A stretch of DNA of 62,958 bases, filler included, from Phoronis australis (GCA_002633005.1; 10 parts of 10 records of this genome joined end to end with filler, not necessarily neighbours in it), one strand, 5' to 3'. Shown: positions 1-14,953, counted from the whole stretch's first letter. The notes: generated from the letters alone by a model not told the origin. Numbers and translations: made by a program.

Positions 1-3000
1 AATTTAAGTCTATTTAACTGGGCCCTGGATTCAGCGAAGGTCTGACACAACGGCGATTATTGGGGATTTGTAATGAAATAACAAATACACAACGAAGTTT
101 ATTGTTTTATAACTCTGGTCAAAGCTATCAGCGTAAAAACGTCTATCTCATTAAACAGTAATCAATAAAACGCGTTTTCGGCCGTAATAACGACAATATG
201 TCTTTGAGATCTGCTGGTGCTCACGTTGGTTACAGTTGCAGCGCCCTCGTGTGACGAGGTTCTGACCCAGGGTGTGGAAACGTAAAAACTCTTGCCAAGC
301 ACAAAAATTCCTACCGCAGTACTTTAACCCTAGTTGCTCTCAGTCTCATATTTACTACTGACAGATGTAGTACAAGAGAGCGAGAACACATTACATGTGC
401 GTAGTTGTGGTGAAACTGACTGAGTGTGATAATTTTGTCCATGGTAAGATTTTTCCGGTGTGCGGTAAGGGAGCACTCTCGTGCTAACAGCTGATTTCCA
501 AAGTATGGCTCTGTACTTGCCGTACATTGTAACTAAACAGGGTTACTTTTTCCTTTCAGTCTAAAATAGTAATAATATTAATGTTTCTTTTTGCAACGGG
601 CGTGACACTTCGGTAAAATCATTAGAAACGCGTTATACAGCAAAAGCATTTTCAGTACAAATATTCTTTCACAACCAGTTTCGTTGCACTCCCTACACAT
701 ACACGACAGGTAAGTCACTGAAAAGACCATAGTTGGTGTTTCATTTTCATGTATTTGCCACGAACGCACCTGTCCACTGATTCATCTTAACTACATGTAA
801 ACTTATTATCAATTTCGCCCAGGATTTGTAATAGAAGCAAAAAGAAATCTCAACGATGTTTCGCACTAGCAACCTCCGCATTTTATCACGAGATCGGTAT
901 TCACCAAGACTCCGTTTTGTTTGTTTCGTGGTAGACAAACAAGGTATCACACGCATGCGCACGCGAGCACGCGTACACTGGGTGTAATAAGAGCCCACCT
1001 GATGAAATTTAATGTAGTCGTTATTAAAAAAAACAATACTTAAATAAATCGGGGTATTTAGAATTTTTCCTTGTTGGTCACTTCTAAACTTGTCTGACAT
1101 TATTTTTACATGTATGCAAATTTTCAAGGCTAATTATTTTGGTTCACTCATTTAGCGTTAAACACAAGAGAGCAAAGGAGGCGAGAAACGGCGGGGAAAG
1201 TCTTCGAGGGTTTCATAGATCCTTGCTGTTCCTCAGTCGATCGTGCTTTGATGGGAATGCGTACATTCATTTGTTTGACCGTTTGCTCATGTTTTTATAG
1301 AGTAACTCAATTCCAAGGGGACAGCGTGCTCAGTCAATAAAATTATACAATTACAAGAAGTTTATTCGAGTCAATGAAACGATGTTAACAATGAAAATAT
1401 AATATAGAAAAATAAGATACCCACAAGAATTTACTAGTGATGTAGTTTGCTAGATCACTGCCACTTTCAAACGTTGATCAGAACCTCATGGATATATGGT
1501 AAGTCGATTCGGAAACAAGGGCGATGATATCAACATCTGTTTTGACGTCTGGACCGATTGTTGTGAATCGTTGATCAATGTAAAATTCAGCAGTGGTCGC
1601 TAGAGTAAGCCTTGGTCGAGAGCTATTCTATGAGAAAACCGAAAGGTTTAAGAGGTTTTTGATAAAAATCCATGCAAGTAGGTCCCTTCTATCCGGTTAC
1701 CGTTGAGATGGGGGGGGCTAAAAATAGTGCTCGCTCTCTAAATGGGTAGACATCCATGTAGCAGGTCATTGTTCGTACATGTATAGTAGGGGTATCTAAG
1801 ACATTGAAGGCTGTCTTCAACAGAGGCATCATTGATCGGCCTACATGTACCTATTATTTTTTACTTGAAAATAGAAAATTCAGCTAGCCATTGAGTAACC
1901 CACGACAAGAACTGCACCGAGTTCAATATCGCCACTGTCTCATTAGAAAAGCCAGATATCGCAAGATTTCGCGAGATATCGCCATGTATTTTCAATAAGT
2001 GCACCAGTCTCGTCCCCATCTATTTAGGCAGCCGATGAGGCTTGATTATGGGAAATATCTTCTGCACAATGATTAGTCCCTGCCTTGAGGTCATTTGAAC
2101 AAAAGCAGGCGTTGTTGCTGCCATTCATGAAACAGACGACATTGGTTTGGTTATCGTTTGAATTAAAGGTTGTTCACGTGTACATATTTTCAATTCTAAT
2201 TGATTAATACTACCACAGAAATTAATTTATTTTGATATCAAAATACATTTTTTTCAATGATACAGTGCAAAATATTCAAAAGTTATACTGGTCGTGATAT
2301 TCTGTAAAAATGTGACAAAATTCTGACACATTTGATTTCCCGTAATCAATCCTCAAATGGCTAAAAAGACCAGCGCCATCTTGAGGCTTGGGGACGAGGC
2401 TGTGATAGCATGCGATTTTGGCTAGATTTTTCTCGCCGCCGTTCAGTTTGCGCAAATTCTCTGCAATGATCACTAATGCTGTTTTTGCTGATTGAACGTT
2501 TTTCAGATAATGGAGTCATCACTTGTGTGGCAAAGTGTATCGGCATTGGTGTTACGCAATCATTGGAGTGGTACAGAGAATGTGGCTGGAACATTCTATG
2601 TTGGGCGAAAAAAGTCGGATGGGCGGCCGCTAAATGTGTGGGATCGTGTCTCATTTCAGAAGAGATAAAGGACGCTAAAGTGGCAGTTCCTGATGGACCC
2701 CCCTTGCTTACGGGTTAGTAAGCAAGAATGGTTTGCTGGGTTTTTACTAGTTATTTATTTTTCGAAGTTGTTTTGCTACAGTTATTTTCCTTTAGCTTTT
2801 TAAAGCTTAAAAGCTTATCTGTGTGTTATCACCAATTCGCTCCAGCTTTACGATATATTCATCATTTGCGTCACCCTGTTAGTATTGTTTCACATTTTGC
2901 GCATGCGGCTTGATGCACAATTTGGGGGAACGATACCGTGCACTGGAACATTCTTCTACCTAAGGACAAGCAACCTCGATTGAGGCTGATTGCTGGAAAC

Positions 3001-4860
3001 CCTTGCCTTTCACATTAAAATCTGACTTCTGAGATTAAGCCCTCCCCTGTTCTTCGTTTTAATTTAGTACAACGGAAGACAATCGCAAATAAAGGCCTAC
3101 ACCTGCAATCGAAATATAAATACTTCTGAGGTAACTCATATGAGAAATTGATTGGGGTCACAGACGCAACTGCTCACTTGCGAGTTTCTCGTTAGTCAAC
3201 GTGACATCAACGGAAGGGGGGGGGGCAAAACCCGCCATGTTGCTCTTGTTTTGCCACGAGTCTTTGCTACACACGCTAAATCTTAGTGGAGTTTTTATGG
3301 TGAGTTTTACGCTTAAAACGTTAACACAACTTAATAGATGGTAGATGGATCGCGGAATAACTGTGAATGGGCGAAGCAAATACGAACTTGTTATGATGTG
3401 CGGAGCTGTGAACGGACTGAAATTGGAACTCGCCCCGGTCTAGGCCTAAATGCAGCAGGCATACAGGGGCGATAGTGTGTCCTCACAAAAAGTGACTCAC
3501 TTCAAAATACAGCAAGTCAAATCAAATAAAACATGCATATGTGCACATGGAGTTATTATTAACACATACCCCGACTCTGGAAACAATTTATTCTACAAAT
3601 AACTTGAACATAGCCATGAAAACCTCGCGGTTCGCTCGTGTTTCTCTCACTGGGCGCCATTTTGAAGAAGTTATGTGAAATCACGCCTGTTGATGAACAA
3701 AAGGTCCAAGGGACACAAATCTTACAAATTTCACGTGTTATTTTTTATGTTATTTTGCAAGTGTCACGCGCTAGGTCTCGTGCTTCGCTCAGTCTAGCGC
3801 TAGCCTTTGCCTCATGCTCACCTGACTCAATTGAAATATTTTGTGGTTATGGCGCACATGGTCAAATTTAACAGTAACCACAAAGCGGAGTTGGAATTCT
3901 TCGCCGAAGTCACCTGAATTCCCGTAGCTATGCTTCATCGAAGATTTTTTTAGAAGCAGAAAGAATCACTAAAGAAAGTAAGCGACTTTTTAGGTGATAA
4001 TTTTAGGTGTAGAATGTATTTTTGACGAGGTGAAAACTTAATCAGTGAGCGGATTTCGCCTATCGTCCGTTTAAAATACACGGGACAGAACTTAGTATAG
4101 AACTTATTGTAGTGCGAATCTGAATTTCATTTGCCATAACAACAATGCTTATTTAGCATTTTTCGAACTAAACAGCTAAAAACTCGAAGAAAACAACAGA
4201 ATACACCCTGCTACCGTATTGGGCAAATGGCCAACCGACAAGCTGTTGCCCCACTTCCCGAGACGTCACAGTTAAGTCTCACATTATCTCGCGTTATTGT
4301 TATAAACTCGCAAAAGGACATGGAACGAAAACCGCCAACGTCGAAGTCAGCGATGTTTAATATGAGCATTTATTGCAATGCATCAGAAGAATTAATATAG
4401 CAAATTCCCTTATCTGCTACCTCTAACACAAAACGGGGTGCCTCATGAGACAAGTGACTTCACGTCCATTATCAATAGAATGTCCAATCTTTGTCCTTAT
4501 TTGTATGAACTTCAAACTAACGACCATTGACTAAATAGCAATTTTAATTCACATATTTTTTTAAAAAGATAATGGAAAGAGAAATTTCATGTTTTTTTTA
4601 AGTCCGAAAGGACGACAGTCAGCTTTTTTGGACCATTGTCCTTTTAAACTATCGACCTTGAGCTGGTATGAGCAAAATAATCATGTCTCTTCAGAGTGCA
4701 AAATGTTTTCTATTTCCGCAGCTAGGCATTCCATTTTTACGTATACACGTCACGGTTTGATCTGTTGTTGCCACCACTATTTCAGACAAGCTTGTCATCA
4801 TAGGAACAATGATATTTCTTTCGTTACTATGCCCATAGGCGGATTTAGGGGGGGGGCCCA

Positions 4861-4960
4861 NNNNNNNNNNNNNNNNNNNNNNNNNNNNNNNNNNNNNNNN
4901 NNNNTTAATTAATTAANNNNNNNNNNNNNNNNNNNNNNNNNNNNNNNNNNNNNNNNNNNN
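4861..4960. other. Artificial contig spacer (44N-TTAATTAATTAA-44N)
   Basis: The same 100-bp linker, with stops in all six frames, recurs at 10690-10789, 14854-14953, 41019-41118, 44741-44840, 47503-47602, 50691-50790, 53469-53568 and 58644-58743. Confidence 0.98.
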
Positions 4961-5588
4961 TTTTTTTGCCAATAGTCGACAGGCACGTAGTTTTATGGCA
5001 TAATGAGGTGTCATTAAAGGATTACGTACGTGACCAAGCAGGCCAGGCAGCTGGACTGAATTCAATGGGCTATTGTGATCGCATTAGCAAACTCCAACCG
5101 TCGGACGAAGGCCGTCCGACGGTCAATTTTCAGCTGGAAAGGGTTCCTCATGGGCAGGTATTGAATGTTGGATGTCAACCAACTAACCAACTATATCCCT
5201 TTGGATAGCTTTAATATTTGACCACCAGGTGGGGTGGCCAAATAACCATCTATTTCTAGGAATAGTTCTACAATTTGACCATAATGTGTCGACAGTAGTC
5301 AAACGTGTACATCAAATTAGTTGGTGTACATCCAAGTAAGATTCTAACATGTATGCACCACAGGAGGGCTGGGGGCTCTACCCCCATTTTTTCAGTGCTG
5401 CGCCGCCCATGTATACTTACAGTCTTGAGTCGTTATGCAATATCTGTGTAGGTGAATCTGGTTAGGAAAGACCTGCTATTGGATGACTACTTTCATAGCA
5501 ACCTACGGGGTTCATTTTTTGTGACCACTGAATTTCTGCTTTTGACCTCTACTTCGCATTGCCAAGATTTGATATCCTGTGCTGTGGT

Positions 5589-5612
5589 GATATTGAATCG
5601 AATCCTGGTCCC
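5589..5612 (+). other. 2A-like StopGo motif DIESNPGP
   Basis: gat att gaa tcg aat cct ggt ccc matches D(V/I)ExNPGP. Confidence 0.85.
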
Positions 5613-5852
5613 TTGGCACCCAATGGTGTGTTCAAAATTTTGTTCACTAACATACGCAGTGTGAAGTCTAATAACTTTGCCAGATTTGATATCTTAAAAA
5701 TTTTGTCTATAATAATACTCATAAAAAATCACCTTTTGTGTGGCGGTCCTGCTGACCTTGGAAAACATACTTCTGACTTAGCTGAGGTTAAATGGAAGCA
5801 GTACCCGATTCCTATGGCATTGACTGCACTGCAAGGATATGCTTAGTTCAAC

Positions 5853-6666
5853 TTATAGTTCTAAAACCCCTTCGACCCCCACACCCCTCAATCCACGAGC
5901 CTCTCGACCCACAACCCCTTCGACCCTCAACTTGTGATGTATTTGTGCGCTTTCTACATATTTCATAATCTTATTACGTCGCTGAGTGACTTTCCCATAA
6001 GACATACCTACACGCGAGTTTGCTCTGGCTCAAGTCTGTTGACTTAAAACAGAAAGTGGCGTGAGAGCGTGATCTGAAATAGTGCATTGTGAACGCGCTA
6101 TCGTTGTTAGGAAACAGTTCCACGAGCGGCTACAGCCCAGTTCTACTGAACTTAAGGAGAGAGTACGTTAACGTGAACGTACATAATTTCCCATTTTTAT
6201 TAATTTCTTTCTGTTGTATACTCGTTAATATATGCTCCAAATAACGTTGAAAAATCTTTTTCAAACAGTTTGTTCTTAAAACTGCCTTTACTGATGAAAT
6301 TACAGTTTTGTCGGTTCCTCGCACTCTCCACAAAAAGACTGAATCTGCCATTCACCGAAGAGACGATTACGCTCTGCCGGGAATGACATTTGTAACGTTG
6401 GTCGCCTTGTTTTTCTTTTTTTGGCTTTCAAACTTGCTGGATAGGCTCTTTTAATTGCAAAACCAGGGAAAAGCCAGCCGAGCTCACGACCCAACTCATT
6501 GGTCCTGCAAGTCAGTGGTTGCTGTATATTCAGACAGAGTCAAGCTTGTGTAGACTGTGTCAATGGGTTTTTTTTGAGTCGTGTGGCTGTGGGTCGAAGG
6601 GGTTGTGGTTTGAGGGGGTTTAGAGGTGTGGGAGTCGAGGGGGTCGAAGGAGTTTAAGAACTCTCC
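5853..6666. mobile_element. Mutator-like MITE with long imperfect TIRs and a 9-bp TSD
   Basis: Left end ..agttctaaaaccccttcgacccc.. is inverted relative to right end ..ggggtcgaaggagtttaagaactctcc. TAGTTCAAC flanks both sides (5844-5852 and 6667-6675). Confidence 0.75.
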
Positions 6667-8640
6667 TAGTTCAACTGTATTTAACGTTATTAAAAATGAC
6701 ATCCCTTATGAAGACCAACCTGTTTAAATCCAGATCTTATTTCAAGTACGAAAGCTGATCGTCGAAAAACCGTAATTCAATCTGCCAGTAACAAACCAAA
6801 GAAGTCTAAGGAATATTGGAAACTCGTTAAGAATATTCGTGATCAATTCACTCAAGATACATTTCCTTATCTTAAAAGAATATTATTGGCTAGTGTGCCT
6901 CATCAAAATTAGACAAAAGAAAATTTATTTTTGAATTATTTCACGAATAAAAGCCACATTGAGGCAACTTTACCCCGTGACTTTCCAAAAATGGAAAGCA
7001 GTAAATCCAATTCAAGCCACTGCAAATGAGGTCAAAATACTTCTCGTCATTATTGATACGTCGAAGAATGACTTTGCAACATATAAAACGAGTAACATGT
7101 TTTAATTACTAACAAATTCTCTAACTGTCCCAGCCATCACCTTTATAGTAAGATTTTCCCTATAGGCATTTTTCCATCAAGGTGGAAACGTGAATTGATG
7201 ATATCTGTGCGTAAAAAAGATTCAACAACTGAAGTGTCCAATTATCCTCCCATTACTCTACTCTATTACCTCCCAAAACTTATAGAAAAAAATCATATTT
7301 CCCCGTGTATATGTAAATCACTTGATAGGTCACGTGATCTGCTAAATTTAGGTTGTTGCCAAGCAAAAGCAGCACATCTCAAATGATCGATATTATTCAC
7401 GGTCCCCACTCGGAATTTATTAGGATGAAGAATGTTCGAGCTGTTTTTCTGTATCCTGCTTCTGCGTTTGATATGATGCCAGAGATTTTCCAACCAGGTA
7501 AAACTATTTTACCCAAACGTAGGTGCACAGGAAAACGTTTCAACACAGCGGATTTTACGGCGATGCAAATTTATTTCATTACGACATCAGTAACCTAGAA
7601 CAAAGTAAAATCAACGACCAAGACCATAAGCGAATATTGCAAACAAACTTAACTTATACTAAATGTTAACATGCACCGTACAATTTACAGAATATGTAAA
7701 TTACAAAACCCTTAATTAGATACAAAAATACCAATTAACTACTGGAATATGAACATTACTAGCATTTTATTTACATGTGCCCTGCCGAGATACTTACACA
7801 AAATATTCAGAAAATCAACAAGACGTCTCACCCGTCGCCTAACCCCGATAACGAACAAACACTGCCGATATCAAACCTTTTTTCGAGCAGTCACTGGTTC
7901 AGTTCCCAAAAACGATAAATGTCCATTTATACACTGAGCACACCAGAGGATACGACATCACACCACATGCTGTGTGCAGTGTTAAAAATGGCCAGTTTTC
8001 GACTTTGACAATAGAACCAAGGACTGCTCCAAGAAAAAGTTTGATAACGGGAGTATTTGTTCGAGATGGAAGGAATTAGAGACGTTGACGGCCTTCTAAA
8101 GTGTCCCTCTATGCGCAAAAGGTACTTATAACAATGTGACTTTGATTTTTTAATCAGTGTGAGACATAATTCGCCAAAAAGCCTCCTATAGGAACTTCAC
8201 CGTCTCTACTGAGCCAGCTAAAGGCGGTGTTCACTGTCTATACCAAACATGGAGTGGTTGTGAGCGTGTGATAACATCTAGCTCCTTTGTTAGATAACTG
8301 CTGAGCACAGTCTTTTGTTTAGTATGACAACATGCTTATTTCTGACCACGTGTGAACAAAGTCAAATTCAGTGCGTTGAAACGTTCGGACAGAATAGATT
8401 GTCTTAACTTCGATTGTAGATGGGTGGTTTTGGTGATTCAAAAACTAAACATGATCAGCATTTGACGAAGAATTCAAAAATTTTATTGGTTTACGTTTCA
8501 ACATTTTATAACCATACTGTTATTTGTAGCAGTACAGCCCAAGCCAGGCTAGAAACGTTCTTATCGGATATTAGAGCAATTATCGAACAGAGAACCGACC
8601 CTCCAACTGTCAATGCCAGAATAGACTTTTAAGTCTTTAA

Positions 8641-10266
8641 AAAGGAAAATGCCACCCAAAAAAACAACCTACTTTGTATCAATTTAGATCGAATAGTTCT
8701 AATCGATAACGGGACATTCGGTTGCGTTACCTGACACCTGAAGGCAGAAGGAGGTGTTAAACTTATCCAATGACGTCAGCAGTTCACAACACGGGTTAGT
8801 GGTGTCAGCTTATCGCTTGAATTCATCGTTTAACACCAATAAATCACCAAACGTCGATGTAAAACCCTTAAAAAATACACCGAGTTCTTAGTATAACGTG
8901 TTGTTTTATTTCGCTGTTATGGATTTATTGGTATTTTGACTCACCGTAGGCTAGAAAGTTTGGCAGGCCAATTTATCAAGGTCCGTAGCAGGAGTTTAGG
9001 GTGTGTTCGAGATAAATTCGAAGTATTCTTCCGTGAAATACTGACAGGAGAACCTAGATCTGTGTTGTTTAGAGTTGTGACTTTTTGAGTTCTAAACACA
9101 CAAAACGCTCGTTATCCCGGCCAGTGGCTCGGAACCCGATCAGGCCCGTCGCGACTGGCACGAACATAAACCAGCTTGAGTTAGAAACTAAACCTCCAGT
9201 CACGAAAAGACTATAATAGTGAGCCAACGAATAATGCGCACGTATAAAATTATTTATAAGAATTAACCACGAAACTGAAAATCTTACTTATCGAGGGCCG
9301 CGAAGTCAGGTTCCCCTTCCACAGACCGTCAGGGCAAAGGTTGTAAAGTAACAATGATTTGAATAATGTATTTGTATTTCTAAATAAAGGTTCCCCTAAC
9401 AGGTGACCATGGCATATAAAATCTAGTTATTGTTTCAAAAAAGCTTTCTGTCAGCAAACACTGAATTCGCTTTCGCTTCCACAGCCTCGGTGCCCGGTCA
9501 ATTACCTTTATTGCCGCCACCAAAAGCCGATAACCCAGTGGTTTATTCATTGCTGGCTTATCAACATTTGCACTCACAAATACTGCAAAGGCATTACAAA
9601 TTGTATCTAATGCGACAGACTTTGTTTCAGTTTTATATAAGCATTGGTTAGGATGAGAATAATTCATTTTGAAACGGAACGCAGAATAAAAAACGTCTAC
9701 ATGACAACTCGCCCGGCTCCAATCCCGACTTAGTCAAGAGCTCATCCGACGAAAACTTCACGGGTCGGATCGTTAGATTTCACAGGCTATCAGTTCGAAC
9801 CGGAATACACTGATCAAGAAATACTAGAGAGGCACCGTGAACATGCACAGGCAACGGAACGTATGGATAGTTCTTTGGTAAGGGGAATTCGTCAGAGAAA
9901 TCACTGTCGACGACATGCCGGCCACAGACACAGAGATGTTTCACGGCCTCATGTACTTGCTATTAACAGCGTACCTTTCATTCTTCACTACCGCGAGCTA
10001 CTTCCTAAGCATTTTGGGCTCTCGAGGAAGTCGAAACAACGATATACTTCGCAGCTTCATAGTTCGGACAAGCGGGAACGATGCACCGCAATATAGCGGT
10101 ATTCACTCTGCAGACGAACCACTGACATCGCTGCGTCGTTTCTCACCTTACTCACAGATTAACGGGACACCTCTCGGCAAGGTGAGGTCAGCCGTATAAA
10201 TGGCGATGTGGATATAGACCGATAAAGACGGTAAAAAAGACTAATTAAATCGGGTGGCATTGTCCT
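8641..10266. mobile_element. Non-autonomous Kolobok-like DNA transposon, copy 1
   Basis: TTAA flanks (8637-8640, 10267-10270) and TIRs AGGAAAATGCCACCC...GGGTGGCATTGTCCT. A frameshifted THAP remnant lies on the minus strand at about 9900-10095 (RCIVPAC/ISLFRLP..K*L/HLCVCGRHV). Homologous to 35919-37464. Confidence 0.82.
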
Positions 10267-11187
10267 TTAATCAATCGCGTAACATATTGACCACAAGGTC
10301 ATCGCCCAACTTGTTGTTGTGCGCTAAGTTGGACTAAAGGGGAGAACGTTGTAATGAGGGCCTGTTGACTAATTTTGCCAACAATTCGCTGGCGATCTGG
10401 AGCCGTACCTCAAGAATCTCGCTTGATAATTCCATTGTGAACAAAAATGACAAAACGAAAATGAAGCAACGAAAATAGGTTAGATTTTATTAACCGCAAC
10501 GCTCGATCAAGACTTAGTGGGGGGCGGGACCACTTGAATTTTTGCAAATGGCATATTTATAAGAATAGGTCATTGAAAATAATAAACTGCTTGTTATGTA
10601 CAGGTCTTCTGACAAGAAAAACAAGAGCAACGCGGAGCGTTGAAATGCGCCCACAATTGCACCGCATACGGTATCCTTCTAGGGTTGTTNNNNNNNNNNN
10701 NNNNNNNNNNNNNNNNNNNNNNNNNNNNNNNNNTTAATTAATTAANNNNNNNNNNNNNNNNNNNNNNNNNNNNNNNNNNNNNNNNNNNNTTATTCGGCTA
10801 TATGAACAATACGTATCGCCTGCTTCCGACAAACTCTCCATAGAATGGGTCAGAGGGCCCAGCTAAATATTAAAGAAATCCAAGTTTTTTTTCCTAGTAC
10901 ATGACAGGTGTATATCTATTCAAACTGGCAAATAACTACTGAGAAGCAGTTTCTACATAAAATTTTCATTATTGCATACTTTCACACTGTGAACAAATTA
11001 CTGATTGGGTGATGTTTACTATGTGGTCTAAAATAATGATTACCAAGGCAGCAATGTACACCTTAGGGGCAAGTGCCCTCCTGACAAGAAGCATTATGGG
11101 TACATACTGCAAAATTCAATATGGCGCTGTGGTATTTTAGGAAGTAGCTATTGAAATCAGTTGGAAGACTGTAAGTCTTCCCATTAC

Positions 11188-11359
11188 CTCGGCTAAAACA
11201 TGGTAGTCTAACTGTGCCTTCAACTCAAGACCTTTGTCTTCCTTGGAATTGACAATCTCTGGCAGGTGGTGATGGAACATGGCCTTGCGTGCCTCAGGGG
11301 TGGGTAGGCCAACTAGAATACGCTTCTCTAATCTGCGCAGCATGGCGTGATCTAACTCC
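11188..11359 (-). CDS. KATNAL2: Katanin p60 subunit A-like 2, exon ([19 protein letters not shown]...DYHVLAE)
   Basis: AG/GT bounded, phase 2 to 0, AAA arginine-finger region, in frame with the upstream exon. Confidence 0.9.
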
Positions 11360-12048
11360 CTGTGGACAATGAAAAGAGCGCTAAGTTCGTGCCGGTCATG
11401 TCAGGTGTTGAAACGAAGATTTGCAGTTGGGAGGAACTTGAAAAAACAACGAAATTGGCCAACTCGAAACATCTAATCTCACAAACGGCCGACTTAAATG
11501 ATACATAGTCGCAGTCGTAACACATGAATTGGTCTCAAGCATTGCTTTTGAAAATTTATACTAATTGTCTTTTGCAAGAAGTGTTATCAAAAATTGAGAC
11601 TTTTATGAAATTATTATCACAATGAATGGATACAACAAACACGAAAAGATAATTTGGAAAACAGTGACACAGCATTTTAGAGGTTTCATCTTACAATTCA
11701 TATCAAAAGAAATCTGATAGCCATTTCTGCTATAAAAAAAATGAACATTTTTTTCTTAAATTTTACCAAACAGGAAAACATGACCTAATCAATGGCAGTT
11801 GATATTAACTAATATTAATACAACACACTTTCTAAAGATTATATTTACTTATTAAATGTTGTATATACAACAGTAGAAAGTGAGATGTGAATGGAATTGA
11901 TTCCTTAGTCGGACAGGTGAAGGTTTTCAGACTCAAACAAATACACATTTGGTGTGTATCGGTGCTTACCATCAGTGAGAATATCCCTCACAACACCCCC
12001 CCCCCTCCACCAAAAAAAAAACAAAAAAATGTAAAAACATGACATTCA

Positions 12049-12228
<180 letters not shown>

Positions 12229-13120
12229 TCAAAATTTGAACTGCAAACATCTTTCTCTTAAGGAAACCAAGAAAAGAAAATTAATGGAGATGCGCCTAGG
12301 GTTGGGTTTGATCCGCAACAGGTATCTCCACAAACTTGCTTCGTAGATAATACATTACTCATTAATAGTTCAAACTATTACTACCAAATACACAGTGTTT
12401 CATTTCTTGGCTATCTTCCCATACAATACAAGGCAAATGTATTCAGACAAAAAGACCAGGAATTACCTGTCATAAACCATGTATAAAATGATTTATACCC
12501 TTTAAAACAAGAATCTGTCATCATTCCGGGATTTATTCACACTCTGTCAGACCCACCGTCTATCTACTGTGAGCTAGTCATACATATTGTTAGCAGATAA
12601 ACCTTCTAAATAAATTTAGATTTAATCTAAGAGACAGTAATTACTCTTACTGACTTAGTGAATAGAGTCACTCTATTGATGACAAGCCCCCTAGTGAGGC
12701 TGGAATGTGGACAGAACCAGTCCAGCTGATGAGGTGACAGTGGAGAAATTCAAAGCATTTCTCCAACTTGATCCTCATCTCATTTAAAGGAGATGTTTAC
12801 AGCATGGGCTGGGCCGAAGACAAATAAGGTAATCGTCAGAACGTTTTCCCTCAAGATCAAGATTGAAGCGTAATTGCAATNTGTCATAAAGGGAAATGGT
12901 ATTTTGTCTGATTACTTGTGTCTGGTAACTGTATTTTCCACTGCAAGATTCTCCTGAATTCCACAATATTGTACATTGTTCTGTGCTAAAGTAGTTGAAA
13001 TGGGTGCCTTATAATATAAGTTTGGAGGGTAGATGCACTGGACTCCAGTGTTCAAAAGTGTAGGGAGCACCCTCCCTAAGTAGAATACCGCGTTAGTGAG
13101 GTAGAACATGATTGGCTCAC

Positions 13121-13221
13121 CCTCCCCCAGCACCAGTACTGCCCCTCTGGCCCATCAGGGATTCCAACTCGTCCAAGAATATGGTCGACGGGGCGTGGAA
13201 CCTGGCCAACTCAAATAGCAC
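13121..13221 (-). CDS. KATNAL2: KATNAL2 exon with Walker B ([27 protein letters not shown])
   Basis: AG/GT bounded, phase 0 to 2, Walker B IFLDE. Confidence 0.92.
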
Positions 13222-13871
13222 CTGTAATCAGACATGTGAAGACACGTCCTTGCAAGTGCATGACTGGACAAGCACGGCTTGATGTGACACGTTACAACTG
13301 GAAAGTCAAATACAATATCAACTTCATGACTAGTACATCCCACATCAATACTCCACTCATGTTACTAAGCAAAGGCCAAGCAAGAATGGCAGGAACTGAA
13401 TTTTATAGTTGGATCTAGTACATAAAATACATTAACAATGCACATCAGTATATAGTGCTATGCATACACTTATGTTTAAGACTCGGCTCACAATTGTCCA
13501 GTCACATCCCATGAAATTCAAAGAGAAGAGTCAGCTTTCACGTGGAGTTTCAAGTAAAGTTCAGCCATCTTAGGCTCAGAAGTATTACAGCTAAAAAATA
13601 CATCCAGAGTATTCATATTGCATTGATTTTGAAATTCAGTAGAAATATTGTAGCTTGTAGGTCAACAGTAGTAATTAAGGAACGGTGCAAATGACTGCTC
13701 ATTTGTTAATCTTAACTTCACATTAAATTTAATTGAAATAAAATAAATTGCACGTTATGCATAATGCAGCCAGTGGAATGAAAAAAAAATTACTGCAAAA
13801 ACAACATGCAGGGACTGAAAATCTCGAGGAATTTCACCTTAAGTCCGGACTATACAACAGCGCAAGGACTA

Positions 13872-14066
<195 letters not shown>

Positions 14067-14953
14067 TCACAACATTGCAAAGTCATGTGACATCGCAAAA
14101 TTCAGACTTAAAGTATTCTGTTTCTTGAAAGCCTAAAGTTTGCTTGTCTACACCATGCTGAAGTTATGAAGGACATAACATGAGCCTCTGTGGGGAATTA
14201 GATCATGAAAAGGCAAATTGAAATCTAGGAATCTTTTTTATGAAAGGTCACTTAAAAGACTTACAAAAGAAATTTGGTCTTATGCTCCACACAACTATTT
14301 TTGAAAAATACTTGAGCAAAAAGTCTTCAAGAATATACAAGTAACTCAAAGTTCTTTCCCGACTGTAACGCTCTCATAATCACTTGGATAAACTTTTATT
14401 CCACAATAGTGAAGTTGAGGTGTCAGGACACATTTCTGTCTTACGCCTCACTGTTTTCATAATACTGTTAGGAGTACTGTTATGAGCTGTACTTTACAGC
14501 ACAGGCCTTGTTAACCCCAGGGGTAACCACATGACTGTGCCTGAGTGTCCTTCATACAGGGCAGGGCATTTTTCCAGCGAAGATAAAATTCCCCCTGCCC
14601 CAGTCACCCCCACTTCCACACTGCCCCACCCTTCACTACCATCCCCTCAACCTCAGTACTTTTCACAAAGTATAAAGCCTAACCACAAATAATGTGACCT
14701 GCAGAATAGTAAGCAGATTTGAGACCTGCTCACCCAATGAGCGTTGTTCATACTTATTTTTTCAGGCAGCAAATAACGATGATATTGTAAAAGATAAATG
14801 TGATAACAATGACCTTGCATAACAGTGCAATGAAAATGAAACATTACAGACGGNNNNNNNNNNNNNNNNNNNNNNNNNNNNNNNNNNNNNNNNNNNNTTA
14901 ATTAATTAANNNNNNNNNNNNNNNNNNNNNNNNNNNNNNNNNNNNNNNNNNNN

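Larger units (their letters stand above)
5480..7480 (+). mobile_element. Decayed CR1/L2-like LINE ORF2 (2A-like motif, APE start, RT fragments), interrupted by a MITE
   Basis: CGDIESNPGP is followed by FKILFTNIRSVKSN, an APE endonuclease N-terminus. Downstream fragments read KKSKEYWKLVK, IFPSRWK..ISVRKKDSTTEVSNYPPITLL..LPKLIEK and STSQMIDIIH..VRAVFLYPASAFD, with many frameshifts and stops. Confidence 0.85.

Noticed and set aside
324-1180. piggyBac-like element starting TTAACCCT
   Set aside because: No convincing partner TIR with TTAA was found.
4905-4916. TTAATTAATTAA as a biological motif
   Set aside because: It is always centred in 44-N flanks, so it is a synthetic six-frame stop linker.
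7500-8140. Minus-strand Tx1/L1-like 3' remnant
   Set aside because: Too decayed to assign by eye.
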